Under the pieces are notes generated by a model that searched no databases, had not been told where the DNA came from, and saw nothing but the letters and a program-made list of their open reading frames with translations. Positions 30,338 to 38,553 of a stretch of 64,000 bases of DNA are shown here, one piece after another. Every line of letters starts with the position of its first letter. Position 1 is the stretch's first letter. A program made the translations under genes and the position numbers. Source of the stretch: an uncultured Candidatus Binatia bacterium (lineage in GTDB: Bacteria > Desulfobacterota > Binatia > UBA9968 > CAXXLF01); NCBI GenBank assembly GCA_965218425.1, contig OZ244621.1, forward strand, positions 3,104,001-3,168,000. Direction: 5' to 3'.

Positions 30338-31777
30338 ATGGAATATAGGGATCTCAGGGAGTGGATCGCCAAGGCTGAATCCATGGGGGAACTAAAATCC
30401 CTGAACAAGTGCCACTGGAACCTAGAGATTGGTGCCGTCACGGAGCTGGTACATCACCAGGAAGATGGTCCGGCGGTCCTGTTCGATGAAATCAAGGACT
30501 ATCCCAAGGGTTATCGTGTATTGTCCAATTCCTTAAGCTCCAGGCGCCGCATGGGACTCACCTTGGGGCTCCCCCCTGGCGAGCATAAGATGGAGTTCGT
30601 TCGGACCTGGCGGGAGAGATACAAACAGATCAAACCCATCCCCCCCAAATACGTCAAGGACAGCCCACTGTACGAAAACGTTTATGATGAAAAGGACATC
30701 GATCTTTTCAAGTTTCCAACCCCCCTGTGGCACGATCACGATGGAGGCCGCTATATCGGGACGGGTAGCATCGACATCACGCGTGATCCTGATGAAGATT
30801 GGGTCAATTGGGGAACCTATCGAGTGATGATTCATGATCCGAGGACGGTTGGATTTTACATTTCTCCGGGAAAGCATGGACGCATTCAGCGGGAAAAGTA
30901 TTCAAACACTGGGAGACAGTGTAAAATTGCCATGTCCTTTGGCCATGATCCCCTTATCTTTCTTGGCGGAAGCATTGAGGTCCCTTATGGTGTGGCGGAA
31001 TACGAGTTCATCGGTGGCGTAAGGGACGAACCCCTGGAGCTGATCAAAGGGGAGTATACGGGCCTTCCTATTCCTGCCCATGCTGAAATCGTAGTGGAAG
31101 GGGACGTATCCTTCGATGAGCCGAGGACTGAAGGGCCCTTCGGCGAGTGGACCGGCTATTACGCCAGCGCAGAAAGACCCGAGCCCATTGTCAGAATCAA
31201 AAAGTTATATCATCGTAACGATCCCATTATTCTGGGTTCTCCTCCGGGAAAACCACCCGTGGAGTTGGGCTGGTACCGTTCTTATCTGCGCTCCGCCCTA
31301 ATTTGGGATGAGATGGAGAAGGCGGGGGTCCCGGATGTGAAAGGGGTTTGGCTGATGGTTTCGGGCGGTAGTCGGCTTGTGCTTGTGGTTGCCATCAAAC
31401 AACGCTATCCGGGCCATGCACGCCAGGCGGCACTGGTTGCCTCCCAATGTCATGCTGGCGCTTATTTAGGTCGCTACGTGATCGTTGTGGATGACGATAT
31501 CGATCCGTCCAACACGGATGAGGTCCTGTGGGCCACCGCGTCTCGTTCCGATCCCGAACAGGACATCGACATTATCCGCCGCTGCTGGAGTGGGCCTTTA
31601 GATCCTATCATTCACCCCAGTCAGAAGGGGTTCAATTCGCGTGCCATCATCGATGCCTGTCGCCCCTTCGAGTGGATTAAAGACTTTCCCAGGGTGTCGG
31701 CTTCGAGTCAAGACGTCCTCGACGCCACCTCGAAAAAATGGGGTAAAATACTCTTTAGCAGCAACGGGAAAGTATAG
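30338..31777 (+). CDS. UbiD family (prFMN-dependent) decarboxylase
   Basis: DLREWI, DGGRYIGT, NWGTYR, EGPFGEWTGYY, VVDDDIDP, IIDACRP. Confidence 0.92.
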   Translation: MEYRDLREWIAKAESMGELKSLNKCHWNLEIGAVTELVHHQEDGPAVLFDEIKDYPKGYRVLSNSLSSRRRMGLTLGLPPGEHKMEFVRTWRERYKQIKPIPPKYVKDSPLYENVYDEKDIDLFKFPTPLWHDHDGGRYIGTGSIDITRDPDEDWVNWGTYRVMIHDPRTVGFYISPGKHGRIQREKYSNTGRQCKIAMSFGHDPLIFLGGSIEVPYGVAEYEFIGGVRDEPLELIKGEYTGLPIPAHAEIVVEGDVSFDEPRTEGPFGEWTGYYASAERPEPIVRIKKLYHRNDPIILGSPPGKPPVELGWYRSYLRSALIWDEMEKAGVPDVKGVWLMVSGGSRLVLVVAIKQRYPGHARQAALVASQCHAGAYLGRYVIVVDDDIDPSNTDEVLWATASRSDPEQDIDIIRRCWSGPLDPIIHPSQKGFNSRAIIDACRPFEWIKDFPRVSASSQDVLDATSKKWGKILFSSNGKV

Positions 31778-31915
31778 CTGGCCCTGGGGGGGCTTGAATG
31801 GGGCCTCATTCCTAGTGCTCTAATTCGCGAATCCGCTTAGGTGTTGTTGCGGATCCTGGGCAAGTTGTGGGACAAATACTGAGTCCTGACGCAACGGATT
31901 TATGAATGGAAGGAC

Positions 31916-32713
31916 TTAGGAGGGAAGATTCATAACGACCGTCTCAGGTTTGCCGTTTCGCCGTATCTTCATCTTTATTTTGCCGGGTTTTTGGGCCTTG
32001 TGGAGAAACGATTCCAGTTGACCCACATCGTTGATCGTCTTGCCGTTGAAATCGGTGATAATGTCACCCCTCTGAAATCCCGCCTTTGAGGCGGTGCCCC
32101 CTGACTCCACATCCGCCACCAGAACTCCGCTCTGCGCTCGGAGGTTAAACAGCGCCGCAAGCTCCCTGGTTAGGTCTTGGATGTAAAAGCCAAAAATTTT
32201 CCGCACCCCTTGCGCCTCTTTGAGGGAGGCAGATAATTTCCCGGCCTTTGCCAATACCTCAGGTGAGGCATAGATTGGTGCCCCCTGGCGTAAGGCAATT
32301 GCGATGGCGTCGCTGGGACGGGAATCAATCTGAAGGTTTTTGCCTTTGAGCTTTAGAGTGATGACTGCGTAATAGGTATTGTTTTTCAGATCAGTGATGG
32401 TGACCCGATCAAAGGAAGCTCCAAGCCCCTTGACGATATTGCCGATGAGATCATGGGTGTTGGGGCGGGGGATCTTCACATGTTGCAGTTCCATGGCAAT
32501 GGATGTGGCTTCCGCCTTGCCGATCCAAATGGGGATAAACCTTTTTTCCTTAAGGCTCTCAAGAACCACTACGGGTGTTTTGCTCGATGGGTCCAGTAAA
32601 AGTCTCTTGACCTTCAACTTCACGGTTTCGACCTGGGCAGAGCTGGAGGCGGGCGGGACTAGGGCAAGCAGGCACGTGATAGCCAGGGCTCTTGCTAAAT
32701 AATTAGTTTTCAT
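31916..32713 (-). CDS. Signal peptide + bifunctional nuclease (DUF151/BFN) + PDZ domain protein
   Basis: ATG at 32713 after GGAGGAG; MKTNYLARALAITCLLALVPPASSSA signal; IPIWIGKAEA, PRPNTHDL, DSRPSDAIAIA; PDZ GVLVADV..ASKAGFQRGDII. Confidence 0.85.
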   Translation of the reverse strand: MKTNYLARALAITCLLALVPPASSSAQVETVKLKVKRLLLDPSSKTPVVVLESLKEKRFIPIWIGKAEATSIAMELQHVKIPRPNTHDLIGNIVKGLGASFDRVTITDLKNNTYYAVITLKLKGKNLQIDSRPSDAIAIALRQGAPIYASPEVLAKAGKLSASLKEAQGVRKIFGFYIQDLTRELAALFNLRAQSGVLVADVESGGTASKAGFQRGDIITDFNGKTINDVGQLESFLHKAQKPGKIKMKIRRNGKPETVVMNLPS

Positions 32714-32741
32714 AGACTCCTCCTCGAGGGCCTTGGGCTCG

Positions 32742-32770
32742 AACTTACATTGCGTGAATAAGGCTGTCAA
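32742..32770 (-). promoter_or_regulatory. Candidate sigma70 promoter of the BFN-PDZ gene
   Basis: TTGACA-N17-TAAGTT on the minus strand, flanked by inverted repeat GGGCTCGA (32735-32742) / TCGAGCCC (32786-32793). Confidence 0.5.
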
Positions 32771-32814
32771 TAGGCCTACGGAAGGTCGAGCCCTGAGTGA
32801 AAAAAAGCATGGGT

Positions 32815-33729
32815 TCAAGCCTTTAGGGAATCCGAACCCCTTTTTCGTGTGATCCAATAGACCACGAATCCCATCAGTAAGACGACAATCCAAGTGGCTG
32901 CCCCGCTGACGAATCTTGGCTCCGATCCTCCGAAGAGCAACCCCAGGTTCCTTTCATCGTAGTTACCGAACAGGGTTAGGGTCTTGCGGCCAAACACAAG
33001 GCCGGCGTGGATGCCGATGCTCAGATAGAGAGAACCCGTACGGAAATACGCGTAGCTCAGAATCATGCCGAGCAGAAAGAGGCCGAAGAAGCCGGGAAAA
33101 AGGCTCGCGGGGTCTAGAAATTGATAAAATGAATCGAGGACATGATGTGCCCCCGCCAGGGGTTCAAGATCGGTGAGAAAATACTTCTTGGCTGGCTTGA
33201 TAAAATGAACGGCGGAATACAAAAGGCTGGTGCAGACGAAGGCAAAGGGTTTTTTCCAGTCAGCGAGAAGCCCCTTAAAGATGATGCCACGAAAGAAAAT
33301 TTCCTCTAACATCCCCACCGCCACCCCCGACAGCAGAGCTGATAGTGAACGCCCAATGGATACCTGCAAAGAACGGGCAATATACGGGGAAAATACGTCC
33401 AGCGAAGACATAGCCACGGCCAGCATGATCCACGAGACCAGCGCGAGAAGGACTCCCCAAAGGAGATCCGGGTATCCCAAGCGAATGGACTTAAGACCCA
33501 TTTGATTCATGGATTCGATCTTGAGAAAGGGACGGTAGGCAAAAAAGAGTATAATGCCGAGGGTCATATACGTGCGGTCAAAGATTCGCGAGAAGGGGAA
33601 CCGATACTTCTCCCATTGTGGAAACGCATCGAAGAAACGATCCCAAAGAACAGCGAACCACGGACTGAGAAGGGCCGTGAGGAACAGGACCACAAGAAGA
33701 AAGAGAAGAATCCGTTGATAGCTTTTCAT
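32815..33729 (-). CDS. CPBP (Abi/CAAX type II) intramembrane protease
   Basis: Multi-TM; EEIFFRG, YSAVH, SIGIHAG motifs. Confidence 0.88.
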   Translation of the reverse strand: MKSYQRILLFLLVVLFLTALLSPWFAVLWDRFFDAFPQWEKYRFPFSRIFDRTYMTLGIILFFAYRPFLKIESMNQMGLKSIRLGYPDLLWGVLLALVSWIMLAVAMSSLDVFSPYIARSLQVSIGRSLSALLSGVAVGMLEEIFFRGIIFKGLLADWKKPFAFVCTSLLYSAVHFIKPAKKYFLTDLEPLAGAHHVLDSFYQFLDPASLFPGFFGLFLLGMILSYAYFRTGSLYLSIGIHAGLVFGRKTLTLFGNYDERNLGLLFGGSEPRFVSGAATWIVVLLMGFVVYWITRKRGSDSLKA

Positions 33730-33830
33730 GAAACCAGATTAAATGGGGCAAGCGAAGTGCAAGCGCGATGCACTGCAAAGAGAGAAGAGCACTCGGTAAG
33801 GATACCTGTGTAGTGTTTCAGATACAAGCT

Positions 33831-33933
33831 CTCCTCGGGGAACGAGTCTTCAGGTCGCGTGGGCAACAGGCCGGTGAATATCTGAAGCTGAACGTTGGAT
33901 GCCCGAGCCCTTGATTCTCATTCCCCTTGGAGC
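33831..33933 (+). repeat. Dispersed structured repeat, copy 1
   Basis: Core GCCGGTGAATATCTGAAGCTGAACGTTGGATGCCC (33870-33904) identical to 36050-36084; flanked by imperfect inverted arms. Confidence 0.85.
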
Positions 33934-34082
33934 CAAGTGAGTGGCGAAGGGAGCCTGGCACGAAGGCAGGGAGACGTCCGATACGAAGGGACGGCAGATC
34001 CTGCCTCGGCATGCTCACACTCTTGCGTCGCCACGATTCTCCGTTCACGCATCGAGACTTTAGCATTGCAGCCCGCTATTTC

Positions 34083-34112
34083 TTGACCTGCTCTAAACCT
34101 CTGGGCTATGCT
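34083..34112 (+). promoter_or_regulatory. Candidate sigma70 promoter of mutL-miaA
   Basis: TTGACC-N18-TATGCT. Confidence 0.4.
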
Positions 34113-34207
34113 TTGGAAACCTCGAACGTTCGTGGCGTAGGATCAGAATCAGGACGTGAAACGTGGAGTCTTACTGGTCCCGATGGTGGGAAAGGTGACG
34201 CCGGTCC

Positions 34208-35950
34208 GTGAGCATTAAACTTCTTTCTGACAACTTGATCAGCCGTATTGCAGCCGGTGAGGTGGTGGAACGACCAGCCTCAGTGGTCAAGGAATTGGTG
34301 GAAAACTCTCTGGATGCGGGAGCCGATGAGGTCTCGGTATGGATTGAAGGGAGCGGGACCATTTCCATCCGGGTGACCGATAACGGAGCAGGGATTCCTT
34401 TGGAGGACATGGCCTTGGCCGTGGAGAGCCATGCCACCAGCAAGTTGAAGGAGGAAAGTGACCTGTTGAATATTGCCACTCTCGGTTTTCGCGGGGAGGC
34501 GTTATCGAGTATCGCTTCAGTATCCAAGGTGGAGCTCCTATCTCGAACTCAAGACCACGAGATGGGAAGCCGATTGCGGGTGGAAGGTGGGACAAACCTC
34601 CAGCCGGCCAGGGTGGGGTGTCCTGTGGGAACCACCGTAGAGGTGCGTGACCTGTTCTACAATATCCCTGCGAGACGAAAATTTCTGAAGTCACCGTCTA
34701 CGGAGCTAGGCCATATTAGTGATGTGATTAACCGTTTAGCCCTATCTTACCGTCACGTTCATTTTCGTCTTTACCATGCGGGCAAGACGCTTTCTGACTA
34801 CGTAGTAACCTCACATTGGGAGGATCGTCTGCAACAGGTCCTGGGTCCTGACGTTTCTGGCAACATGGTTCCACTGGATGGCACCAATGGATCGGTGAAG
34901 ATCTCCGGGTATTTGAGCGCCGCCCCAAGCTCCTTTTCCAACGCTCGTTATTTGTTGTCGTTTGTCAACCAACGTTTCGTCCGGGACAAGATTATCACCC
35001 ACGCAATTGTTCAAGGATATGAGACCTTGCTGATGAAAGGGCGGTATCCCGCCGTGGTGCTTTTTCTCGCGGTTCCTTTTGGAGAGGTGGACGTCAACGT
35101 GCATCCAGCGAAGTTGGAGGTTCGTTTCAAAAAACAATCTGAAATCCACGATGCGGTTGTGAGAACGATCCGTGGCAGCTTAAAAAGGGAAGCTAAAAGA
35201 CCTGGGACCAATACGAGTCCGGGCAATTGGCCGCTCCATACCAACGTGCGAGAGGGGCCAGTACCCTACGGGACTTTCTCGAGAGATAGCCTTCGTTTGT
35301 TTCGAAACGATTTATTTAGTGATGATCACGCCGAGACCCCGTCCGGCTCGGAAAGTATAGGTAAGGGATTCTTTTCATCACTAACCATCCTGGGTCAGCT
35401 CCTTGGGTGTTACATTGTCTGTCAGTCCGAGAAGGGGATGGCTTTGGTTGATCAGCACGCGGCCCACGAACGTGTTGCCTTTGAGAGGATGCGCCAGCAG
35501 ATAGCCCAGGGAAACATGGAACGGCAGGACCTTTTGATCCCGCAGGTATTTGAGCTTCCCTTGGCTGAAGCTGCAATTCTTGGTCAATGGATTGGCGCTC
35601 TCGAGCATCTCGGTTTTACGGTGGAAGGGTTCGGGGGTGACAGCTTCGCCATCAAAACCGTTCCGGCACTGTTCCCCGCCGGCGACTACCGCGACGTTAT
35701 GCGCAGAATGGTCGCCGAGCTGACCGAGGTGGGGCACTCCACAGAATTAAACCGAGAAATGGAGGAGCGGTTAATGACCCTAGCATGCCACAATGTCATC
35801 CGTGCAAACCGAATTTTGACCAGGGAAGAAATATCTGCGCTCCTCAAGGAGCTGGATGAAATTGACTTTGCCACCCAGTGCCCCCATGGGCGTCCCGTTT
35901 TCATTGAAATTTCTCAATCCCAGATGGAGAGCATGTTCAAGAGGTCATGA
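34208..35950 (+). CDS. mutL: DNA mismatch repair endonuclease MutL
   Basis: IAAGEVVERP, GFRGEAL, DVNVHPAK, endonuclease motif DQHAAHER, CPHGRP. Confidence 0.97.
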   Translation: MSIKLLSDNLISRIAAGEVVERPASVVKELVENSLDAGADEVSVWIEGSGTISIRVTDNGAGIPLEDMALAVESHATSKLKEESDLLNIATLGFRGEALSSIASVSKVELLSRTQDHEMGSRLRVEGGTNLQPARVGCPVGTTVEVRDLFYNIPARRKFLKSPSTELGHISDVINRLALSYRHVHFRLYHAGKTLSDYVVTSHWEDRLQQVLGPDVSGNMVPLDGTNGSVKISGYLSAAPSSFSNARYLLSFVNQRFVRDKIITHAIVQGYETLLMKGRYPAVVLFLAVPFGEVDVNVHPAKLEVRFKKQSEIHDAVVRTIRGSLKREAKRPGTNTSPGNWPLHTNVREGPVPYGTFSRDSLRLFRNDLFSDDHAETPSGSESIGKGFFSSLTILGQLLGCYIVCQSEKGMALVDQHAAHERVAFERMRQQIAQGNMERQDLLIPQVFELPLAEAAILGQWIGALEHLGFTVEGFGGDSFAIKTVPALFPAGDYRDVMRRMVAELTEVGHSTELNREMEERLMTLACHNVIRANRILTREEISALLKELDEIDFATQCPHGRPVFIEISQSQMESMFKRS

Positions 35951-36012
35951 TGGTTCGGGAAATTGACTTCCGGATTCCCATTCGATTTACGAGTTCTGTG
36001 CCAAATCATGTT

Positions 36013-36168
36013 GCTCCAAGGGGAATGAGTCGCCGGGTGCGGGCAATAAGCCGGTGAATATCTGAAGCTGAACGTTGGATGCCCACCCCCTTACGTCTCG
36101 CTCCCCAGCGTCGCATTCCGGTTTTGGAGTGAAGGGGGCTTGTACCGAAGAAAGGGAAGGGCGTGACG
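36013..36168 (+). repeat. Dispersed structured repeat, copy 2
   Basis: 35-nt core identical to copy 1; 3' part CCTTACGTCTCGCT.CCCAGCGTCG...GGGCTTGTA shared with copy 3. Confidence 0.85.
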
Positions 36169-36184
36169 AACCCGGAGGGTACCT

Positions 36185-37129
36185 ATCATCGCATCCGTAA
36201 AGCCTAAAATTGTCATCATTCTCGGACCCACGGGAGTGGGCAAAAGCGAAGTCGCCATAGATGTGGCATTGGCAGTCCATGGTGAGATCATCAACGCGGA
36301 CTCGCTCCAGGTGTACCGATACCTCGACGTGGGTACAGGAAAGCCCTCGCCCGAGCAAAGGCAAAAAGTGCCTCATCACCTGATGGATCTTGTTGACCCT
36401 GACGAAGACTTTAATGTGTCGCTGTTTCGCGACTGTGCTTTGAAGGCTGAGGAGAATATCCGGTCAAGGGGTAAAAGTACCGTCGTCTGTGGGGGCACTG
36501 GACTCTACATCAAAGCCTTGGTTCACGGTCTCTTCGTTGGTCCGGGAAGGATTGCAGAGGTTCGCAAGGGGCTTGAAGAAGAGATGGAAAAAGAAGGCGT
36601 TGAAATTCTCTATGGCCGGCTAAAGCAAGTGGACCCTGACGGCGCAGCAAAAATTCACCCCCACGATCGCCAGAGAATATTACGAGGTCTGGAAGTATAC
36701 GGACATACGGGAACAGAGATCAGCCGATGGCAGGGAAGCCACGGCTTTAGAGAAAATCCTTTTGACACTTTCAAGGTAGGATTGAACCGTGATCGACAAG
36801 AGCTTTATGGCTTCATCGAGCGTCGGTGTGAAGAAATGATGGCCAAGGGTTTGGTTGCGGAAGTGGAGGGACTCGTAAGTCGCGGCTATGGTCTGGACCT
36901 CAAGCCGTTGCAAAGCGTGGGTTATCGACACGTGGGCCTGCATCTGCTGGGAGAGATGAGTTTCGACAAGGCCCTTCCCCTCATGAAGCGAGATACCCGC
37001 CGACTTGCCAAGCGCCAGTTGACCTGGTTCCGGGCCGATCAGGAAATTCATTGGTTCCACCCTGAAAAAGAGAAAAAAGAAATAATAGAGGGGGCTAGAA
37101 GATTTTTGGCCGGTTTGCCTCACCCCTAA
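36185..37129 (+). CDS. miaA: tRNA dimethylallyltransferase; start probably non-canonical (ATC at 36185 or 36188)
   Basis: In-frame KPKIVIILGPTGVGKS lies upstream of the ORF-track GTG at 36236; DSLQVYR, GGTGLY, KRQLTWF. Confidence 0.93.
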   Translation: MIASVKPKIVIILGPTGVGKSEVAIDVALAVHGEIINADSLQVYRYLDVGTGKPSPEQRQKVPHHLMDLVDPDEDFNVSLFRDCALKAEENIRSRGKSTVVCGGTGLYIKALVHGLFVGPGRIAEVRKGLEEEMEKEGVEILYGRLKQVDPDGAAKIHPHDRQRILRGLEVYGHTGTEISRWQGSHGFRENPFDTFKVGLNRDRQELYGFIERRCEEMMAKGLVAEVEGLVSRGYGLDLKPLQSVGYRHVGLHLLGEMSFDKALPLMKRDTRRLAKRQLTWFRADQEIHWFHPEKEKKEIIEGARRFLAGLPHP

Positions 37130-37155
37130 GGTCCCCTCCCTCTTTTTTTCAATAT

Positions 37156-37198
37156 TTGACGGAAAAAACTTGCTTATATATAAAAATTTGATATATAA
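37156..37198 (+). promoter_or_regulatory. sigma70 promoter overlapped by a 25-bp palindromic operator-like site
   Basis: TTGACG-N17-TATAAA (37156-37184); palindrome TTATATATAAAAATTTGATATATAA at 37174-37198. Confidence 0.6.
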
Positions 37199-37281
37199 AC
37201 TAAATCTTCTTACGTCTTAACGATTAACACATAAATCCAATAAGCCGAAATTTAACCTTTTTTCTCATAGGGAGGATATCT

Positions 37282-38379
37282 ATGAGCAATGAAAATATTG
37301 GCCAAGTTCCATTCTTGAAGATACACAGGGCATGGCTTGACTGGAACCTCAGCAATGCCGGACATAGACGAAGCTCGCTCCATCCGAGGATTCGAATTTC
37401 CTCTGCCCATGATGAATGGAATCATGTAGTGATACCCCTCATCGCCCTCGCAAAAGGTTTTTTTGCTGACGAGGGTCTTGAGGATGTGGAACTTGTGACT
37501 CTGGAAAGCGAAGGGGCAAGCCTTGAGGCCTTAAATCATGGCTTCGCAGATTTTGCCGTGGACCCGGTGACCCCCTACGTATTGAAGGCGATAAATCATG
37601 GCAATGACCTATTCATCATTGGTCCTAGACGAAGGACCCATGCTTTTTTTCTGTTCGGGCAGAGGGGTATGACATCGCCTAGGGACCTCAAGGGGGGCAA
37701 GATTAATGTGTTCACGCCGGGTGATGAAATGACCGTTCAATCCACACAGGTAATTCGCGATGCCGGTATGGTACCCAACGTGGACGTGAAAATCGACTAT
37801 TATCGGGGAGACATGCACGACATTCTCGGCATGGAGGATGCGTTCCGGCGGGGTGAGGCCCAGGGCTTACTTGCCGTAAATGTACAGGTAGACAGACTAA
37901 AGTCTGAGGGTTTTCCCATCCTCGTCAATCTTCAAGAGGCATATTTGCCACGGCAGGATAGGGTGATGGTGGCCACCGGTCGGATGGTCAACTATCATCA
38001 CAACACTGTCAAAGGATTTCTCAAAGGAATGATTCGCGCCAACCGTTATTTCATGGACAGGCGGAACAAAGACGAGATCGTTCGATTCGTGGAGGACGCT
38101 GGCTTCGATCAGATCGTGCAAGCCGATAGAAAACTATTCGAAGCGATGTTTGAAAATTCGTACACCCGGATTCCGCCGGACTGTCACCTCCCGCTGGAAG
38201 CCGTAGGGCAGGCCATAAAAGAGCAGATTGCCCAGGGAAACATTGACGAAAGCATTACGGTGGAAAGGATCGTGAGAATCAAGGCGCTGCAGGAGGCGCA
38301 GCAGGAGGTTGGGCTAACCGCATCAACGGAGCAGCCCGCCCAGATTCATGCCTCCCCCGTGGCGGTTGCCCCTGCCTGA
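37282..38379 (+). CDS. NMT1/THI5/SsuA-like substrate-binding-fold protein with no evident signal peptide
   Basis: IALAKGFFADEGLEDVELV, DLKGGKI, TVKGFLKGMIRA; RBS GGGAGG. Confidence 0.75.
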   Translation: MSNENIGQVPFLKIHRAWLDWNLSNAGHRRSSLHPRIRISSAHDEWNHVVIPLIALAKGFFADEGLEDVELVTLESEGASLEALNHGFADFAVDPVTPYVLKAINHGNDLFIIGPRRRTHAFFLFGQRGMTSPRDLKGGKINVFTPGDEMTVQSTQVIRDAGMVPNVDVKIDYYRGDMHDILGMEDAFRRGEAQGLLAVNVQVDRLKSEGFPILVNLQEAYLPRQDRVMVATGRMVNYHHNTVKGFLKGMIRANRYFMDRRNKDEIVRFVEDAGFDQIVQADRKLFEAMFENSYTRIPPDCHLPLEAVGQAIKEQIAQGNIDESITVERIVRIKALQEAQQEVGLTASTEQPAQIHASPVAVAPA

Positions 38380-38553
38380 ACAGTCAATTTGTGAACCCGG
38401 CTCCCTGTACACTACCTGTCCAGAGCTTCTCCATGGACCTGGAGGCTCTCCACAGGCAGGTCAGAGGACGGATGGAACAGGGTTTACGGGAAGGGTGAGT
38501 GGGTAGCTCTGAGAGAAGATTCCCTGTGGGAGTCGATGGCGGGGTTTTCTTCT

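Noticed and set aside
33818..34211. Short ORFs over the repeat copies (also 35987..36379 and 52849..53376)
   Set aside because: Peptide similarity among them comes from the non-coding repeat; frames and lengths are not conserved.
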